DNA of 64,000 nucleotides. It comes from Gemmatimonadales bacterium. Its GTDB lineage: Bacteria; Krumholzibacteriota; Krumholzibacteriia; LZORAL124-64-63. The first letter of the stretch is position 1. The number at the start of each line of letters is the position of its first letter. The stretch lies in assembly GCA_019038745.1 (NCBI GenBank), contig JAHOYV010000029.1, positions 9,943 through 73,942 on the forward strand. The letters run 5' to 3'. The notes below the pieces were generated by a model that saw only the letters and a program-made list of their open reading frames with translations, searched no databases and was not told the DNA's origin. Below are positions 1-9,968 of the stretch, one piece after another. The position numbers and the translations under genes are program-made.

Positions 1-2
1 AC

Positions 3-212
3 TCTGCCAAGTTGGTTGGAGTGATGTGGGGCCAGGATGATCGGTTTGCCCTGGTCGAAGATGGTGAGGGGTTCGGATATATTCTGCGGGTCGGCGATCG
101 CGTTCGAAACGGTCGCGTCGTGAGTATCCGCAAGAATTCACTCACCGCTCGGATAACGTTGTACGGAATCACCAACAAGGTGCTCCTCAAATTGGAAAAA
201 ACGGAGGGTTAG
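3..212 (+). CDS. pilP: Type IV pilus assembly protein PilP-like, C-terminal fragment; the gene continues upstream of the window
   Basis: ORF is open to the window edge with no in-window start. It ends 3 nt before the secretin gene. The beta-rich C-terminal segment (RVGDRVRNGRVVSI) resembles PilP. Confidence 0.4.
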   Translation, partial: SAKLVGVMWGQDDRFALVEDGEGFGYILRVGDRVRNGRVVSIRKNSLTARITLYGITNKVLLKLEKTEG

Positions 213-215
213 GCA

Positions 216-1616
216 ATGTACGCAAGGGTCCCCTTTATTACGCTGATGATCCTGGGTGGATTGTCTGTCCTGTTGGCGGGTCCGATTGCCGCCCAGGAAG
301 AGGTCGTAGTCGAAACTACCGTTGGAACTCCAGTGGAGGTCCCCGTGCCCGAGTACCAGGGCAGACCAATTTCCCTGGATGTCCAGGAAGCTGAGATTGG
401 AACTGTTCTTCGTTCCCTGGCCGGTTTCTCCGGAGCGAACATCGTGGCATCCCCCCGAGTAGAGGGCAAAGTCACCATCAAACTGGAAGACGTGCCCTGG
501 ATCCAGGCTCTCACCGTGATTCTGCACGCACATAGTTTCGATTTCGTGGAAGAGAATGGAATCTACCGGATCGACACGGCAGAGCAGTTGCGGCAGGAGA
601 AACTCTCCGTCGAAAGGTCCCGTAAGCAGGTTGAGGACCTTGCGGTACTGAAACTTGGCAAGGTTTCGCTCAGCTTCGCGAATGCCGAAGAGGTAAAGGA
701 TGCCATGGAGCAGATGTTGACCGAGCGCGGGAACATCGACGTGGACGTCCGAACCAATAGTCTGCTGATCAATGATGTGGAGGATCGGGTCGCATTGATC
801 ACTGATATGGCCCTCCAGCTGGATTCCGTGACACCCCAGGTGGAAATCAACGCCCGTCTCGTTGACATGGATCTCAAGGCCACTCGCGAGTTGGGAATCA
901 ACTGGGACTTGAGCAATGTCTCGAGTCCGGGGAACAACCTTCTCGGCGACTTGTCCATTGACAACCCACTCCAGAGTTCGTCCGGAACAATGCGTGTGGC
1001 TACCGTTCAGAATTGGGGCGAGGTGATGATGAAGATCGAAGCTCTGGAGAACGACAACAGGGCCCAGCTGATCAGTAATCCCATCATTACTACCACCGAC
1101 AACCGAAAAGCCAAAATTCTGGTTGGGCAGAAGATTCCCCTGATCGTTGCCGATGAAGCGGGAAATGCCATCACCCAGTTGACTACAATCGGAATCGGGC
1201 TGGAAGTCACCCCGCACATCAATAAGGATGACCAGATTACTCTGGATATTCACAACGAAGTGAGTGACCTGTCCAGTCAGGCCACCGTGCAGGGTGGTGT
1301 GATCATAAATACCAGTGAGGCTGACACTCGGGTAATGGTGAAGAATGGCGAGACCGCCATCATCGCCGGCCTGATTCGTCGGGTGGAGAGCACTCTGAAT
1401 TCCGGGATCCCGGTTTTGCAGAGCATCCCGGTGCTGGGTGCCCTGTTCCGTCATCAGAGCAAGGCGGACATCAGTCGTGAGCTGGTGATCTTCGTGACAC
1501 CGCGCATCGTTACCGACGAGTACCTTAAACGGGATTACATTACTCCTGGCGGTGTGGTGAACCAGGACGGTGAAAGGGAAACGGTTCAGGTAAGCCCTGA
1601 CTGGAGTGATTTTTAG
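216..1616 (+). CDS. pilQ: Type IV pilus secretin PilQ (secretin N domains plus C-terminal secretin domain, signal peptide)
   Basis: 466 aa with an N-terminal signal peptide. Secretin/TonB short N-domains and a conserved C-terminal secretin domain are visible (IPVLGALF...VIFVTPRIV). It follows the pilP-like ORF. Confidence 0.8.
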   Translation: MYARVPFITLMILGGLSVLLAGPIAAQEEVVVETTVGTPVEVPVPEYQGRPISLDVQEAEIGTVLRSLAGFSGANIVASPRVEGKVTIKLEDVPWIQALTVILHAHSFDFVEENGIYRIDTAEQLRQEKLSVERSRKQVEDLAVLKLGKVSLSFANAEEVKDAMEQMLTERGNIDVDVRTNSLLINDVEDRVALITDMALQLDSVTPQVEINARLVDMDLKATRELGINWDLSNVSSPGNNLLGDLSIDNPLQSSSGTMRVATVQNWGEVMMKIEALENDNRAQLISNPIITTTDNRKAKILVGQKIPLIVADEAGNAITQLTTIGIGLEVTPHINKDDQITLDIHNEVSDLSSQATVQGGVIINTSEADTRVMVKNGETAIIAGLIRRVESTLNSGIPVLQSIPVLGALFRHQSKADISRELVIFVTPRIVTDEYLKRDYITPGGVVNQDGERETVQVSPDWSDF

Positions 1617-1645
1617 GCATACTGCCCTTGGATCTCCGTACACCA

Positions 1646-1677
1646 CGGCCCCCCGGAAAACCCGGGGGGCCTTTTTT
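1646..1677 (+). terminator. Rho-independent terminator after pilQ
   Basis: Perfect 10-bp GC stem GGCCCCCCGG / CCGGGGGGCC with loop AAAAC, followed by TTTTTTT. Confidence 0.7.
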
Positions 1678-1747
1678 TAAGCTGCAAACTTGGCCTGGCA
1701 ACAGGATCAGGTTGCGGATTCCACCCTCCGAGGTGTACGTTTCCCCA

Positions 1748-2284
1748 ATGTGGATAACTCTCATAGGATTCATGGCCAGCGGCAAGACGACCGTTGCCCG
1801 GCGCTTGGGCCCGGTGACCGGCCGTGCGGTTGTATCGCTGGATGATTTGGTGGTACGGAGGGCCGGATGCTCCATTCCAGAAATTTTTTCCAAGTATGGC
1901 GAGCTCCATTTCCGGAACCTGGAGTTGGAGATTCTACAAGAACTGGATAGGAACCGTGATCTGATTCTCGACGGCGGGGGCGGTCTGGTTGAAACTCCCG
2001 CGGCAGTGAACCTCATTCGGGAGCAGGGGGCTGTGATCTGGCTTGATTCTTCCTGGGAATCGGTTCTCCGTCGTTTGGAAATCCAGAGAGACGGGGATCG
2101 ACCCCTGGTGTCGCTTTTGGAGAGCAACCACCTGGAGAACCTGTTCCATCGGCGACTGCCCCTGTACGCGCAGGCAGCCGATTTCAGGCTTCAAGGCGAT
2201 GGAGGAGATCCGGAGGCGGTGGCAGGTCTGGTGAATTTGCGATGTAGGATGTGGCAATCCCGATCCGGAGGCCGGACGCGATGA
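1748..2284 (+). CDS. aroK: Shikimate kinase
   Basis: Walker A GFMASGKTT near the N-terminus, about 178 aa, LID/DGGG region present. The start is set at MWITLIGF; a GTG at 1733 is an alternative. The ORF-track start at 1628 would read through the pilQ terminator. Confidence 0.75.
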   Translation: MWITLIGFMASGKTTVARRLGPVTGRAVVSLDDLVVRRAGCSIPEIFSKYGELHFRNLELEILQELDRNRDLILDGGGGLVETPAAVNLIREQGAVIWLDSSWESVLRRLEIQRDGDRPLVSLLESNHLENLFHRRLPLYAQAADFRLQGDGGDPEAVAGLVNLRCRMWQSRSGGRTR

Positions 2285-2838
2285 GAATCATCGCGGGGAA
2301 ATGGCGCGGCCGCCGGTTGCTCCCCCTCAAGGGGGAGCGGATCAGGCCGACGACCGACAAGGTCAAGGAAGCCATGTTCTCTATTCTGGGCCCTCAGATT
2401 TCCGGAGCAACCGTTCTTGATCTCTGTTGTGGAACAGGGGGCTTGGGGCTTGAGGCTCTCAGCAGGGGAGCGCAGCGGGTCTACTTTGTAGATGACTCAC
2501 ATCGTTCGCTGACCCAGGTTCGGCGAAACCTGGACCTTTTCGGTGCGTTGGACGGGGAGGCGGTTCTTTGCAAGGCCGAGGCGGTGACCTGGTTCCTGGA
2601 GTGGGCTGAACCGCCTGCCGGGGGGAATTGGCTACTGGTTTCCGACCCCCCCTACAGCACAGACGTAGCCGGTGAGATCCTGGTCCAACTGGTGGATCGA
2701 GCCGTAAATGAGGGTTTTCTGGGTGCCATCGTGGAGCACGATCGCCATGACCAACCAGTCGTGGCCCGGGAGAACGGTCCCAGGATTGAATGCCGGCATT
2801 ACGGGGGTTGCGGTTTGACAATCGTCCGTCCGGATTGA
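2281..2838 (+). CDS. rsmD: 16S rRNA (guanine966-N2)-methyltransferase RsmD
   Basis: MRIIAGKWRGRRL N-terminus, SAM-binding LDLCCGTGGLGLEA and DPPY motif. The start overlaps the aroK stop (ATGA). Confidence 0.75.
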   Translation: MRIIAGKWRGRRLLPLKGERIRPTTDKVKEAMFSILGPQISGATVLDLCCGTGGLGLEALSRGAQRVYFVDDSHRSLTQVRRNLDLFGALDGEAVLCKAEAVTWFLEWAEPPAGGNWLLVSDPPYSTDVAGEILVQLVDRAVNEGFLGAIVEHDRHDQPVVARENGPRIECRHYGGCGLTIVRPD

Positions 2839-2890
2839 TCCGCTGGGCTCCGGGCCGAAAGTTGTCTTGCGTAATTGAAATCAATAGTTC

Positions 2891-3406
2891 TTGTCGGGAG
2901 GTGGGATATTGGTCGGGAAACATGTAATTTATCCGGGCTCTTTCGATCCAGTCACACTCGGGCACGTCGACATCCTTCGCCGTTCTCTGGTCCTGTTCGA
3001 CAGGGTAACTGTACTGATCGCTGAACGGGGCAAGGCCGCCCTGTTGCCGGTGGAGGAACGGGTTGCCTTGTTTCGCGAATCGGTGAAGGATCTGAAACGC
3101 GTCGAAGTAAAACCCTTCAGTGGACTTCTGGTCGATGAGGTGCGAAGGCAGGGAGCGGTTGGCGTGGTCAGGGGGATTCGAACCGCCGGAGATTACGAAC
3201 ATGAATGGAGCTTGGCCGGGGTCAATTCCCTACTGGACGATAAAGTGGAGTACATCTACTTTCTGGCTCGACCCGAAATGGCCGCAGTGAGCAGCTCTTT
3301 GGTTCGGGATGTTCTACGGCACGGGGGACCCTTGGACAAACTGGTTCCCGGACCCGTAGCCAAGGCTCTGGCCGGACGTTTCGCGGGACTGGATGGTGAC
3401 AACTGA
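2891..3406 (+). CDS. coaD: Phosphopantetheine adenylyltransferase
   Basis: YPGSFDPVTLGH(V)D nucleotidyltransferase motif, about 160 aa core. The true start may be a downstream GTG (VGKHVIYPG). Confidence 0.8.
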   Translation: MSGGGILVGKHVIYPGSFDPVTLGHVDILRRSLVLFDRVTVLIAERGKAALLPVEERVALFRESVKDLKRVEVKPFSGLLVDEVRRQGAVGVVRGIRTAGDYEHEWSLAGVNSLLDDKVEYIYFLARPEMAAVSSSLVRDVLRHGGPLDKLVPGPVAKALAGRFAGLDGDN

Positions 3407-3468
3407 CGTTGCCAAGGTTATAACTTTCAATCCTTGCCTTTACCATTAGACCTCAAGGTGGGTTTTCA

Positions 3469-4479
3469 GTGTTCCTGGATGTGGCCAAGATAAAATTGGA
3501 GTCCGGCAAGGGCGGGGATGGGTGCGTCTCCACCCGCAAAGAAAAATTCGTAGCCCGTGGCGGGCCCGATGGGGGCAATGGAGGCAAGGGCGGCTCCATT
3601 TGGCTCGAGGCTTCGGATGAACTATCCACTCTCCTGGATTTCAAACTTCGCCGCAAGTACAAGGCAGTGGCCGGGCAACCAGGATCCGGGAACAAGCGGA
3701 CCGGGAGCAATGGTCAGGATGTGGTTCTCAAGGTTCCCTGCGGTACGTCAGTCTATCGAGTCGAAGACGAGATTTCGCTGGGTGATTTGTTGGAACACGG
3801 GGACCGTCTGCTCTTGGCCCAGGGAGGCAAGGGAGGAAAGGGAAATTGGGAATACCGCAATCCCAGGAACCAGACTCCGATGCACGCCCAACCCGGTAAG
3901 GCTGGTCGCTCGTTGGAGGTCCGTTTAGAATTAAAGCTGATTGCGGATATCGGGCTCGTGGGTATGCCCAATGTAGGCAAGAGCACTCTGCTGTCGGTAG
4001 TAACGGCAGCCCGGCCCAAGGTGGCCGATTATCCCTTTACTACTCTGGTGCCTAATTTGGGCATTGTGGATCTGGGGGATTATCTGAGCTGCACGTTGGC
4101 CGATATCCCCGGCCTGATCGAAGGCGCCAGCGAGGGCAAAGGTCTTGGACATGAATTTCTGCGGCACGTTGAACGGACTCGGGCCCTGCTCTTGCTAGTG
4201 GACCCATCCCTGGAAAATCCGGCCGAGACCCTGGATGTCCTGCGGGGAGAACTGGAGGGACATGGGAATCGTTTGCCCGAGCTTCCCTTCGCAGTTGCGG
4301 TGACCAAGCTGGATCTGCTGGATGACGAAGCCGCGGAGCAGGCTCTGGCTGCCGCCTCCGAGTGGAGTCTCAAGAACGGTGCAAGCGAGACGTTGATTTT
4401 TTCCGCCGTGAGCGGCCAGGGACTTAAAAATTTGCGACATCTGTTGAAGCGCTTGTATACTCATGGGCATGGGGGTTGA
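3469..4479 (+). CDS. obg: GTPase Obg/CgtA
   Basis: Gly-rich Obg fold N-domain (GGxGGxGG repeats) plus a G-domain with GMPNVGKST, DIPGLIEGA and TKLD motifs. GTG start. Confidence 0.85.
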   Translation: MFLDVAKIKLESGKGGDGCVSTRKEKFVARGGPDGGNGGKGGSIWLEASDELSTLLDFKLRRKYKAVAGQPGSGNKRTGSNGQDVVLKVPCGTSVYRVEDEISLGDLLEHGDRLLLAQGGKGGKGNWEYRNPRNQTPMHAQPGKAGRSLEVRLELKLIADIGLVGMPNVGKSTLLSVVTAARPKVADYPFTTLVPNLGIVDLGDYLSCTLADIPGLIEGASEGKGLGHEFLRHVERTRALLLLVDPSLENPAETLDVLRGELEGHGNRLPELPFAVAVTKLDLLDDEAAEQALAAASEWSLKNGASETLIFSAVSGQGLKNLRHLLKRLYTHGHGG

Positions 4480-4512
4480 TCAACCTCCCCTTGTTCTGGC
4501 CTTCCTCCTGGT

Positions 4513-5475
4513 TTGGAATTCCTCAAGATGACAAAGGGCATGGCACGTCCTGCCGGGACCAGGCCTGGTCCCCAATCCTTCACAACCGTTACCCAGGGAG
4601 ATCCCCACTGGCCTTCCTTGTGGTTGGAGATGGCCGATCCTCCCCGGGAAATTCAAGTCAGCGGTGATCCTGCAATGCTGGTAAATCCCATGATTGGGAT
4701 CGTTGGCACTCGGCGAGCCACGGTCCGGGGATTGGCGGTGGCTCGAAAAATTGCCGCCGACCTGTCTGTCCTGGGTTGGACCATTGTAAGCGGCCTTGCC
4801 CTGGGGATTGACGGGGCTGCTCACCGTGGTGCACTGGAGGCTGGAGGGTGTTCGGTCGGGGTGATGGCGACCGGCTGTGATCACACCTATCCCGCGGCTC
4901 ATCGCCGCCTGAGGGAGCAATTGGATGAGCGGGGATGTTGCTTGACGGAATACCCTGCGGGAGTCGGCCCCCGACCCTACCATTTCCCTCGCCGCAATCG
5001 TCTGATCGCCGGCTTGGTGCAGGGATTGATCGTGGTCGAGGCACCGATTCGAAGCGGAGCCATGCTGACAGCCTATCTGGCTCTGGACTACAATCGTGAA
5101 GTGTTCGCCGTGCCGGGTCCGGTGGATCTTAAGACCAGTCATGGCTGTCACAAACTCTTGCGGGAAGGTGCACAACTTGTTGAAGGTGTCGCCGATCTGA
5201 CCAACGTTCTCGGCTTGCCCGTAGTTGCCGATGATCCTGTCGAGGGAGTGAAACCCGGGTCCCTCCATAAATCTTCTTCTGTCCCCAACCAGGGTTCAGG
5301 GGCTCGCTGGATCCTGGATCGACTGGATCTGGAGGGCGTTTCCCGGGATAGGTTGCGGGATCGATGGCCAGGCAACGAGGATGGCTGGCAGGAGGGAATG
5401 CTGGCCCTGGAAATGGCCTGTTTGATCCGAAGGTTGCCCGGGGGCCGCCTGGCTCGTACTATCTGGCTTACTTGA
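4513..5475 (+). CDS. dprA: DNA processing protein DprA (Smf), short form
   Basis: Rossmann-like DprA core: GIVGTRRAT...GLALGIDGAAHRGAL...YPAAHRRL...RNRLIAGL. The N-terminal extent is uncertain; an internal Met around 4630 is possible. Confidence 0.7.
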   Translation: MEFLKMTKGMARPAGTRPGPQSFTTVTQGDPHWPSLWLEMADPPREIQVSGDPAMLVNPMIGIVGTRRATVRGLAVARKIAADLSVLGWTIVSGLALGIDGAAHRGALEAGGCSVGVMATGCDHTYPAAHRRLREQLDERGCCLTEYPAGVGPRPYHFPRRNRLIAGLVQGLIVVEAPIRSGAMLTAYLALDYNREVFAVPGPVDLKTSHGCHKLLREGAQLVEGVADLTNVLGLPVVADDPVEGVKPGSLHKSSSVPNQGSGARWILDRLDLEGVSRDRLRDRWPGNEDGWQEGMLALEMACLIRRLPGGRLARTIWLT

Positions 5476-5550
5476 GCCACATGGAGAATTAGCTGTCCGG
5501 GGCAGTAGCCTTTTCGTTACGGCACCCGGCCCAAGCCACAAGGAACACCG

Positions 5551-6453
5551 ATGGCCTCCCGCCTGAGACAAAAGCTGGATTTCGGTCTTTTGTACCTGCT
5601 CTATGGGTTGGCGAGGCCCCTACCATTGCCCTGGTTGAGGGCCTTCGGCCGGGGATTGGGGAGCTTTGTTTGGCACTTTGTCGGTTACCGGCGGACCGTG
5701 GTGCTGGATAACCTGAATCATGCCTTCGGCCAGGAGAAATCCCCCGCTGAGATCAAAGAGCTGGGTCGATCGTTTTATCGCAATCTCGGCATGACCCTTA
5801 TGGAATTCCTGGCCTTCCCTGGTATCAGTGGACAAGACCTCCTTGAGATGGTGGAATTTGAGGGGGAAGAATATTTACAGGAACTCAAGGACTTGGGACG
5901 CGGCGGGCTGTTTGTTTCGGGACATTTTGGGAATTGGGAGTTGTTTGCGGCCAGGGTCTCAAGCCAGGATGTTCCAGTCAGTTTCATTGTCAAGGCCCAG
6001 TCCAATGCCGCGGTGGACCGGGTCCAGAATGAGATTCGACTGCGGGCCGGCATAGGAATCATCCGGGCCGGTGCAGGCATTAAGCAGATGGTGCGTGTTT
6101 TGCGAAACAAGGAACTCGTAGGGATGCTGGCGGACCAGGACGCCGGCAAGGACGGCATCTTCATCGATTTTCTCGGGCGCCCTGCTTCCGTTTTCCGGGG
6201 ACCAGCCTACTTTGCCTGGAAACTGGACATCCCCATGCTACCTGCGTTTATTTTTCGACGCCCCGATGGAAATCATGTAGGGCGCTTTTTACCCCTGGTA
6301 CATCCCGACCCAAACTGGACCGAGGAAGAGGCCGTTGCCAACCTCACTCGAATCCATGTGAAGTCGTTGGAAGCGGCCATAAGAGAGGCCCCCGATCAGT
6401 ATCTTTGGACTCACCGTCGTTGGAAAACCAAACCCCCGGAGGATGGGAATTGA
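5551..6453 (+). CDS. Lipid A biosynthesis (Kdo2-lipid IVA) acyltransferase, LpxL/HtrB family
   Basis: 300 aa with an N-terminal membrane anchor and the HFGNWE acyltransferase motif. The overall architecture matches Lip_A_acyltrans. Confidence 0.7.
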   Translation: MASRLRQKLDFGLLYLLYGLARPLPLPWLRAFGRGLGSFVWHFVGYRRTVVLDNLNHAFGQEKSPAEIKELGRSFYRNLGMTLMEFLAFPGISGQDLLEMVEFEGEEYLQELKDLGRGGLFVSGHFGNWELFAARVSSQDVPVSFIVKAQSNAAVDRVQNEIRLRAGIGIIRAGAGIKQMVRVLRNKELVGMLADQDAGKDGIFIDFLGRPASVFRGPAYFAWKLDIPMLPAFIFRRPDGNHVGRFLPLVHPDPNWTEEEAVANLTRIHVKSLEAAIREAPDQYLWTHRRWKTKPPEDGN

Positions 6454-7382
6454 TCCAGGTAGAGAATCTCGCCAAGAAATTCGGTTCCTTGCGGGCCGTG
6501 GACGGCATTTCCTTCCAGGTGGAACGGGGTGTTTTGTTCGGTCTGCTGGGGCCCAACGGGGCTGGTAAGACCACAACCATCAACGTCCTTTCCACCCTGT
6601 TGCCCCCTGACGAGGGTAAAGTCACCATCGGGGGCTATGAAGTGAGGTTGGATCCTGCGGCGGTTCGTCGCCTGATCGGGATTGTGCCGCAGGAAATAGC
6701 TCTTTATCAGGACTTGGCGGCCAGAGACAATCTGTTGTTCTGGGGCAGGCTTTACGGGTTGGCAGGCAAGGATTTGGGCCGGAGGGTTGATGAGTTGCTT
6801 GAACTGGCGGATCTGCATCAGCAAGCCAAGCAGAAGGTGGAAACCTTTTCAGGCGGGATGAAGCGGCGATTGAATTTGGTGGCTGGACTTGTGCATTCCC
6901 CTGAGATCCTTTACCTGGACGAGCCCACCGTTGGAATCGATGCCCAGGCCCGCAGCCGGATACTGGAGATGATCCGGGAATTGAGCAACCGGGGAATGAC
7001 GGTGATCTACACGACTCATTATCTGGAAGAAGCCGAACAACTCTGCGACCGAATCGGGGTCATCGACAAGGGGCGAATGGTGGCTCTCGGGGACAAGGAA
7101 CAGCTGATCGACCAGGTAGGAGATCAGGATATTATCCGCCTTCACCTGCCGCAGGATGCTCATAAAGAATTTATGGAGGACTTTGCAGAAAGTACAGATT
7201 GTCTGGGTGTGAGGATTTTTCGCGGCAAGATAGAGGTTTGTACCGTTGACGGGGCGCGGATGCTTCCCGGGATCCAGGCTTGGCTTTCAAGCCGCAATCT
7301 TGACCTCCAGCAACTGGAAGTGGAACGACCCAACCTGGAAACCTTGTACCTGAACCTAACCGGGCGCGACCTGAGGGAGTAG
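6450..7382 (+). CDS. ABC transporter ATP-binding protein (ABC-2/DrrA-NatA type, with C-terminal DUF4162-like extension)
   Basis: Walker A GPNGAGKTT, signature FSGGMKRRL, Walker B ILYLDEPT and an H-loop. TTG start at 6450 with GGAGGA 6 nt upstream; it overlaps the lpxL-like stop. Confidence 0.8.
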   Translation: MIQVENLAKKFGSLRAVDGISFQVERGVLFGLLGPNGAGKTTTINVLSTLLPPDEGKVTIGGYEVRLDPAAVRRLIGIVPQEIALYQDLAARDNLLFWGRLYGLAGKDLGRRVDELLELADLHQQAKQKVETFSGGMKRRLNLVAGLVHSPEILYLDEPTVGIDAQARSRILEMIRELSNRGMTVIYTTHYLEEAEQLCDRIGVIDKGRMVALGDKEQLIDQVGDQDIIRLHLPQDAHKEFMEDFAESTDCLGVRIFRGKIEVCTVDGARMLPGIQAWLSSRNLDLQQLEVERPNLETLYLNLTGRDLRE

Positions 7383-7387
7383 GGCTA

Positions 7388-8725
7388 ATGGTTATCTTCA
7401 GCGTTGCCGGTAAGGATCTGCTCCGTTTCCTGGGAGATCGACGCGCGCTCGTTGTCTCCCTGGCCCTGCCTCTAGTGCTGACTTTCATCATGGGGCTGTC
7501 CTTCGGAGGGGGGCTCTTCGGCAAAAGCGGAATCAGCGCCATCAAAATCGCCCTGGTAGCCGAGGGTATTCCTGAATTACTGCGCGATCGCTTTACAGAG
7601 GGCCTGGAGGAGTCTGGGTTTTTCTCCGTAAGTTGGGTCGATTCCAACGCCGCTGACTTTTTGGTTCGCAACGGAGAGGTGTCGGCGGCCGTGGTCCTGC
7701 CGGATGATTTCCTGCGGCAGGCCTTGTCCTTCGAGGAGATCCCCATCCTGATCTGGAAGGATCCCGGCAGTTCCCTGAAGGCCGGGATCGTGGAGGAAGT
7801 GCTGTCCCGCGGGTTACGGGAGTACCAGGCCGGTGAAGCGGCCTACCTGGGCCTATGGCCCGAAGATGCCGCAGCTGCCGGCGATTCTTCCGCCGTCGAT
7901 CTGGTGGAAAAATATTTTGAGGGTGCTTTTTCCACCCTTTGGCAATCTTGGCGTGAGGTCGAAAATGATTCCTCCTGGGCTGAGTTCCAGGAGCGGACTG
8001 CCCGGATCATGGATCGACAGGTGGCGCTGGTTGAAGCCTTGGGGCAGCCGGGAATTGAATTGGAGGTCCAGGACAAGGTATCGGACCAGGATGTTTCCCA
8101 GTCGGAGGATATAAACCTCTTCAACTACTTTTTGCCCACTTTTGCGGTATTTTTTCTCATGTTCGGGGTAGCTGGAGCTACGGGAGATTTTCATCGGGAA
8201 AGGAAAATGGGAACTCTGCAGAGGCAATTAATGAGTCCACTGCGTGCCCTGGAATTCGTTTTGGGCAAGTGGCTTTCGGCGTCTTTGCAGGGCAGTCTTC
8301 AACTCATGGTTCTTTTTCTCGGCGGGGCGATCCTGTTCCAGGTCAACCTCGGTCCCGATCCCTGGTCCCTGCCTCTGGCGATAGTCCTGACCTGCACTGC
8401 AGCGACTGGGTTCTTTCTCTTGCTGACCCTGTTGTGCCGCGACGAAAAGATGGCCGATAACCTGAAAACCATCGTGGTCCTGATTTCGGCAATGTTGGGA
8501 GGGAACATGGTTCCCGTCGATTCCCTTCCTCCCTGGATTTCCGCCGTGGGGCAATTCTTTTTCAACTACTGGGCCAACTTGTCCTTCAGCCACATCCTGG
8601 TTTCGAACCGCAATATTTTTGAGGAACCGCAACCTCTCCTGATTCTTTTCGGGGCTACCATCGGCCTATTGGGGGCGAGTCTGATCGTGTTTATCCTGCG
8701 GCAGCGACGGGGAGGTTTGTTATGA
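7388..8725 (+). CDS. ABC-2 family transporter permease (large extracytoplasmic loop after TM1)
   Basis: 445 aa with an N-terminal TM, a roughly 180-aa hydrophilic domain and a C-terminal six-helix ABC-2 core. Directly downstream of the ATPase. Confidence 0.6.
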   Translation: MVIFSVAGKDLLRFLGDRRALVVSLALPLVLTFIMGLSFGGGLFGKSGISAIKIALVAEGIPELLRDRFTEGLEESGFFSVSWVDSNAADFLVRNGEVSAAVVLPDDFLRQALSFEEIPILIWKDPGSSLKAGIVEEVLSRGLREYQAGEAAYLGLWPEDAAAAGDSSAVDLVEKYFEGAFSTLWQSWREVENDSSWAEFQERTARIMDRQVALVEALGQPGIELEVQDKVSDQDVSQSEDINLFNYFLPTFAVFFLMFGVAGATGDFHRERKMGTLQRQLMSPLRALEFVLGKWLSASLQGSLQLMVLFLGGAILFQVNLGPDPWSLPLAIVLTCTAATGFFLLLTLLCRDEKMADNLKTIVVLISAMLGGNMVPVDSLPPWISAVGQFFFNYWANLSFSHILVSNRNIFEEPQPLLILFGATIGLLGASLIVFILRQRRGGLL

Positions 8726-9939
8726 ACTCCGATTTGATCAGGGCCCTGGTGGTGCTGCGTTTGAGCCGGATTCTCAAGGATCGGATGGGACTGGTCTGGC
8801 TTTTGATCATGCCCATGGCATTCTCTTTCCTGATGGGTCAGTTGCTGGGTGACTGGGGCGGAGGATCCAGCAACCTGCCACGATTTATGGTATTTGATCT
8901 CGACGGAGGAGCGGCGGCCGATTCGCTCTTGGTTTCCCTGGAGAACAACGATCGATTCAGGGTCGTGCGTTCGGACACCACAACAAGCGAAACAGCGGTT
9001 CTGGATGCCCTTGAGCGCTCCAGGATTACTGCAGCGCTTTTCATCCCGGAGGGGTTTTCGGATCCGGATACGGAATCTAACGCTCATCCCTTGCGGCTTT
9101 TTTACGATTCGGATCGTCTCAGCAGCCAGACGGTGCGCACTCTACTTGAAAAGTCCGTTCTGAAGGTGAACACTCTTCACGCTGCCCAAAGTCTGGTTTG
9201 GCGCGATCTTCAAAATCCACTCCCGACGGATCGGTCGGAAAGATTCGATTCGGCCGAATTCGAAGATCGGTGGGATGAACCACGAATATCGGTCACTTCA
9301 TCGACACTGGGTAGGGTGGAAGAGGACGGGTTGGTTTTGACAAAGGCCTCACAACACGTAGGCCCCGCCTACACTATCTTTTTTGTTATGATGTTCCTGA
9401 TGACTTCCGCCAAGGATTTGGTTACTGAGCGAAAGGAGGGTACCCTGGCCAGGCTTGTTACCAGTCGCGCCTCTTCACTGGATTTGGTTCTGGGTTTCTT
9501 TCTGGGTGGGATGACCGTGGGGTTGGTGCAGGCCGGGACCCTGCTCGCATTGAACAGCCTGGCGTTCGGGATCGACTACGGCACCTCCGCCGGAGGTTTG
9601 GTCCTTGTGGTTGTGCTAATGGCAGGAGTCAGTTCCGCCGGTGCTGTTCTGCTGGGTAGCGTGGCCCGGTCCGGTGCCCAGGCGGAGGGTTTGGGGATGG
9701 CCGTCACCATGATTATGGCGGCCCTGGGAGGTCTTTGGTGGCCGCTTGAAATCGTTCCCGAATTCATGCAGTCTTTGGGAAAGTGTATTCCAACCGGGCA
9801 GGCGATCACTGTTTTCCACGACATGATCGGCAGGGGTCACGGAATTCAACAGATGTCCACCCTGTTTCTGGGTCTTGGCCTTTGGTTCCTGGGCCTGTTG
9901 ATCTTGGCGTCCTGGCGGTTACGCAAGATCGTCGCCTGA
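8722..9939 (+). CDS. ABC-2 family transporter permease, second copy
   Basis: 405 aa with the same architecture as the preceding permease. 4-nt overlap implies translational coupling. Confidence 0.6.
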   Translation: MNSDLIRALVVLRLSRILKDRMGLVWLLIMPMAFSFLMGQLLGDWGGGSSNLPRFMVFDLDGGAAADSLLVSLENNDRFRVVRSDTTTSETAVLDALERSRITAALFIPEGFSDPDTESNAHPLRLFYDSDRLSSQTVRTLLEKSVLKVNTLHAAQSLVWRDLQNPLPTDRSERFDSAEFEDRWDEPRISVTSSTLGRVEEDGLVLTKASQHVGPAYTIFFVMMFLMTSAKDLVTERKEGTLARLVTSRASSLDLVLGFFLGGMTVGLVQAGTLLALNSLAFGIDYGTSAGGLVLVVVLMAGVSSAGAVLLGSVARSGAQAEGLGMAVTMIMAALGGLWWPLEIVPEFMQSLGKCIPTGQAITVFHDMIGRGHGIQQMSTLFLGLGLWFLGLLILASWRLRKIVA

Positions 9940-9968
9940 TCCGGACCCGGATCAGGCCCGTCGAAAGA

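Noticed and set aside
138-1646. 502-aa minus-strand ORF overlapping pilQ (and similar long antisense ORFs at 11887-13893, 10420-11391, 14579-15475, 50014-50880)
   Set aside because: These are antisense to strongly supported conserved genes (secretin, cDPGS-like, HldA, SucD, RNase Y). The products are low-complexity with no motifs, and long shadow ORFs are expected at this GC content. They are frame artefacts.
1628-1747. ORF-track N-terminal extension of shikimate kinase across the pilQ terminator
   Set aside because: The extension translates the GC hairpin and T-tract of the terminator (..GPFFKLQ..). The kinase Walker A lies right after the internal Met at 1748.
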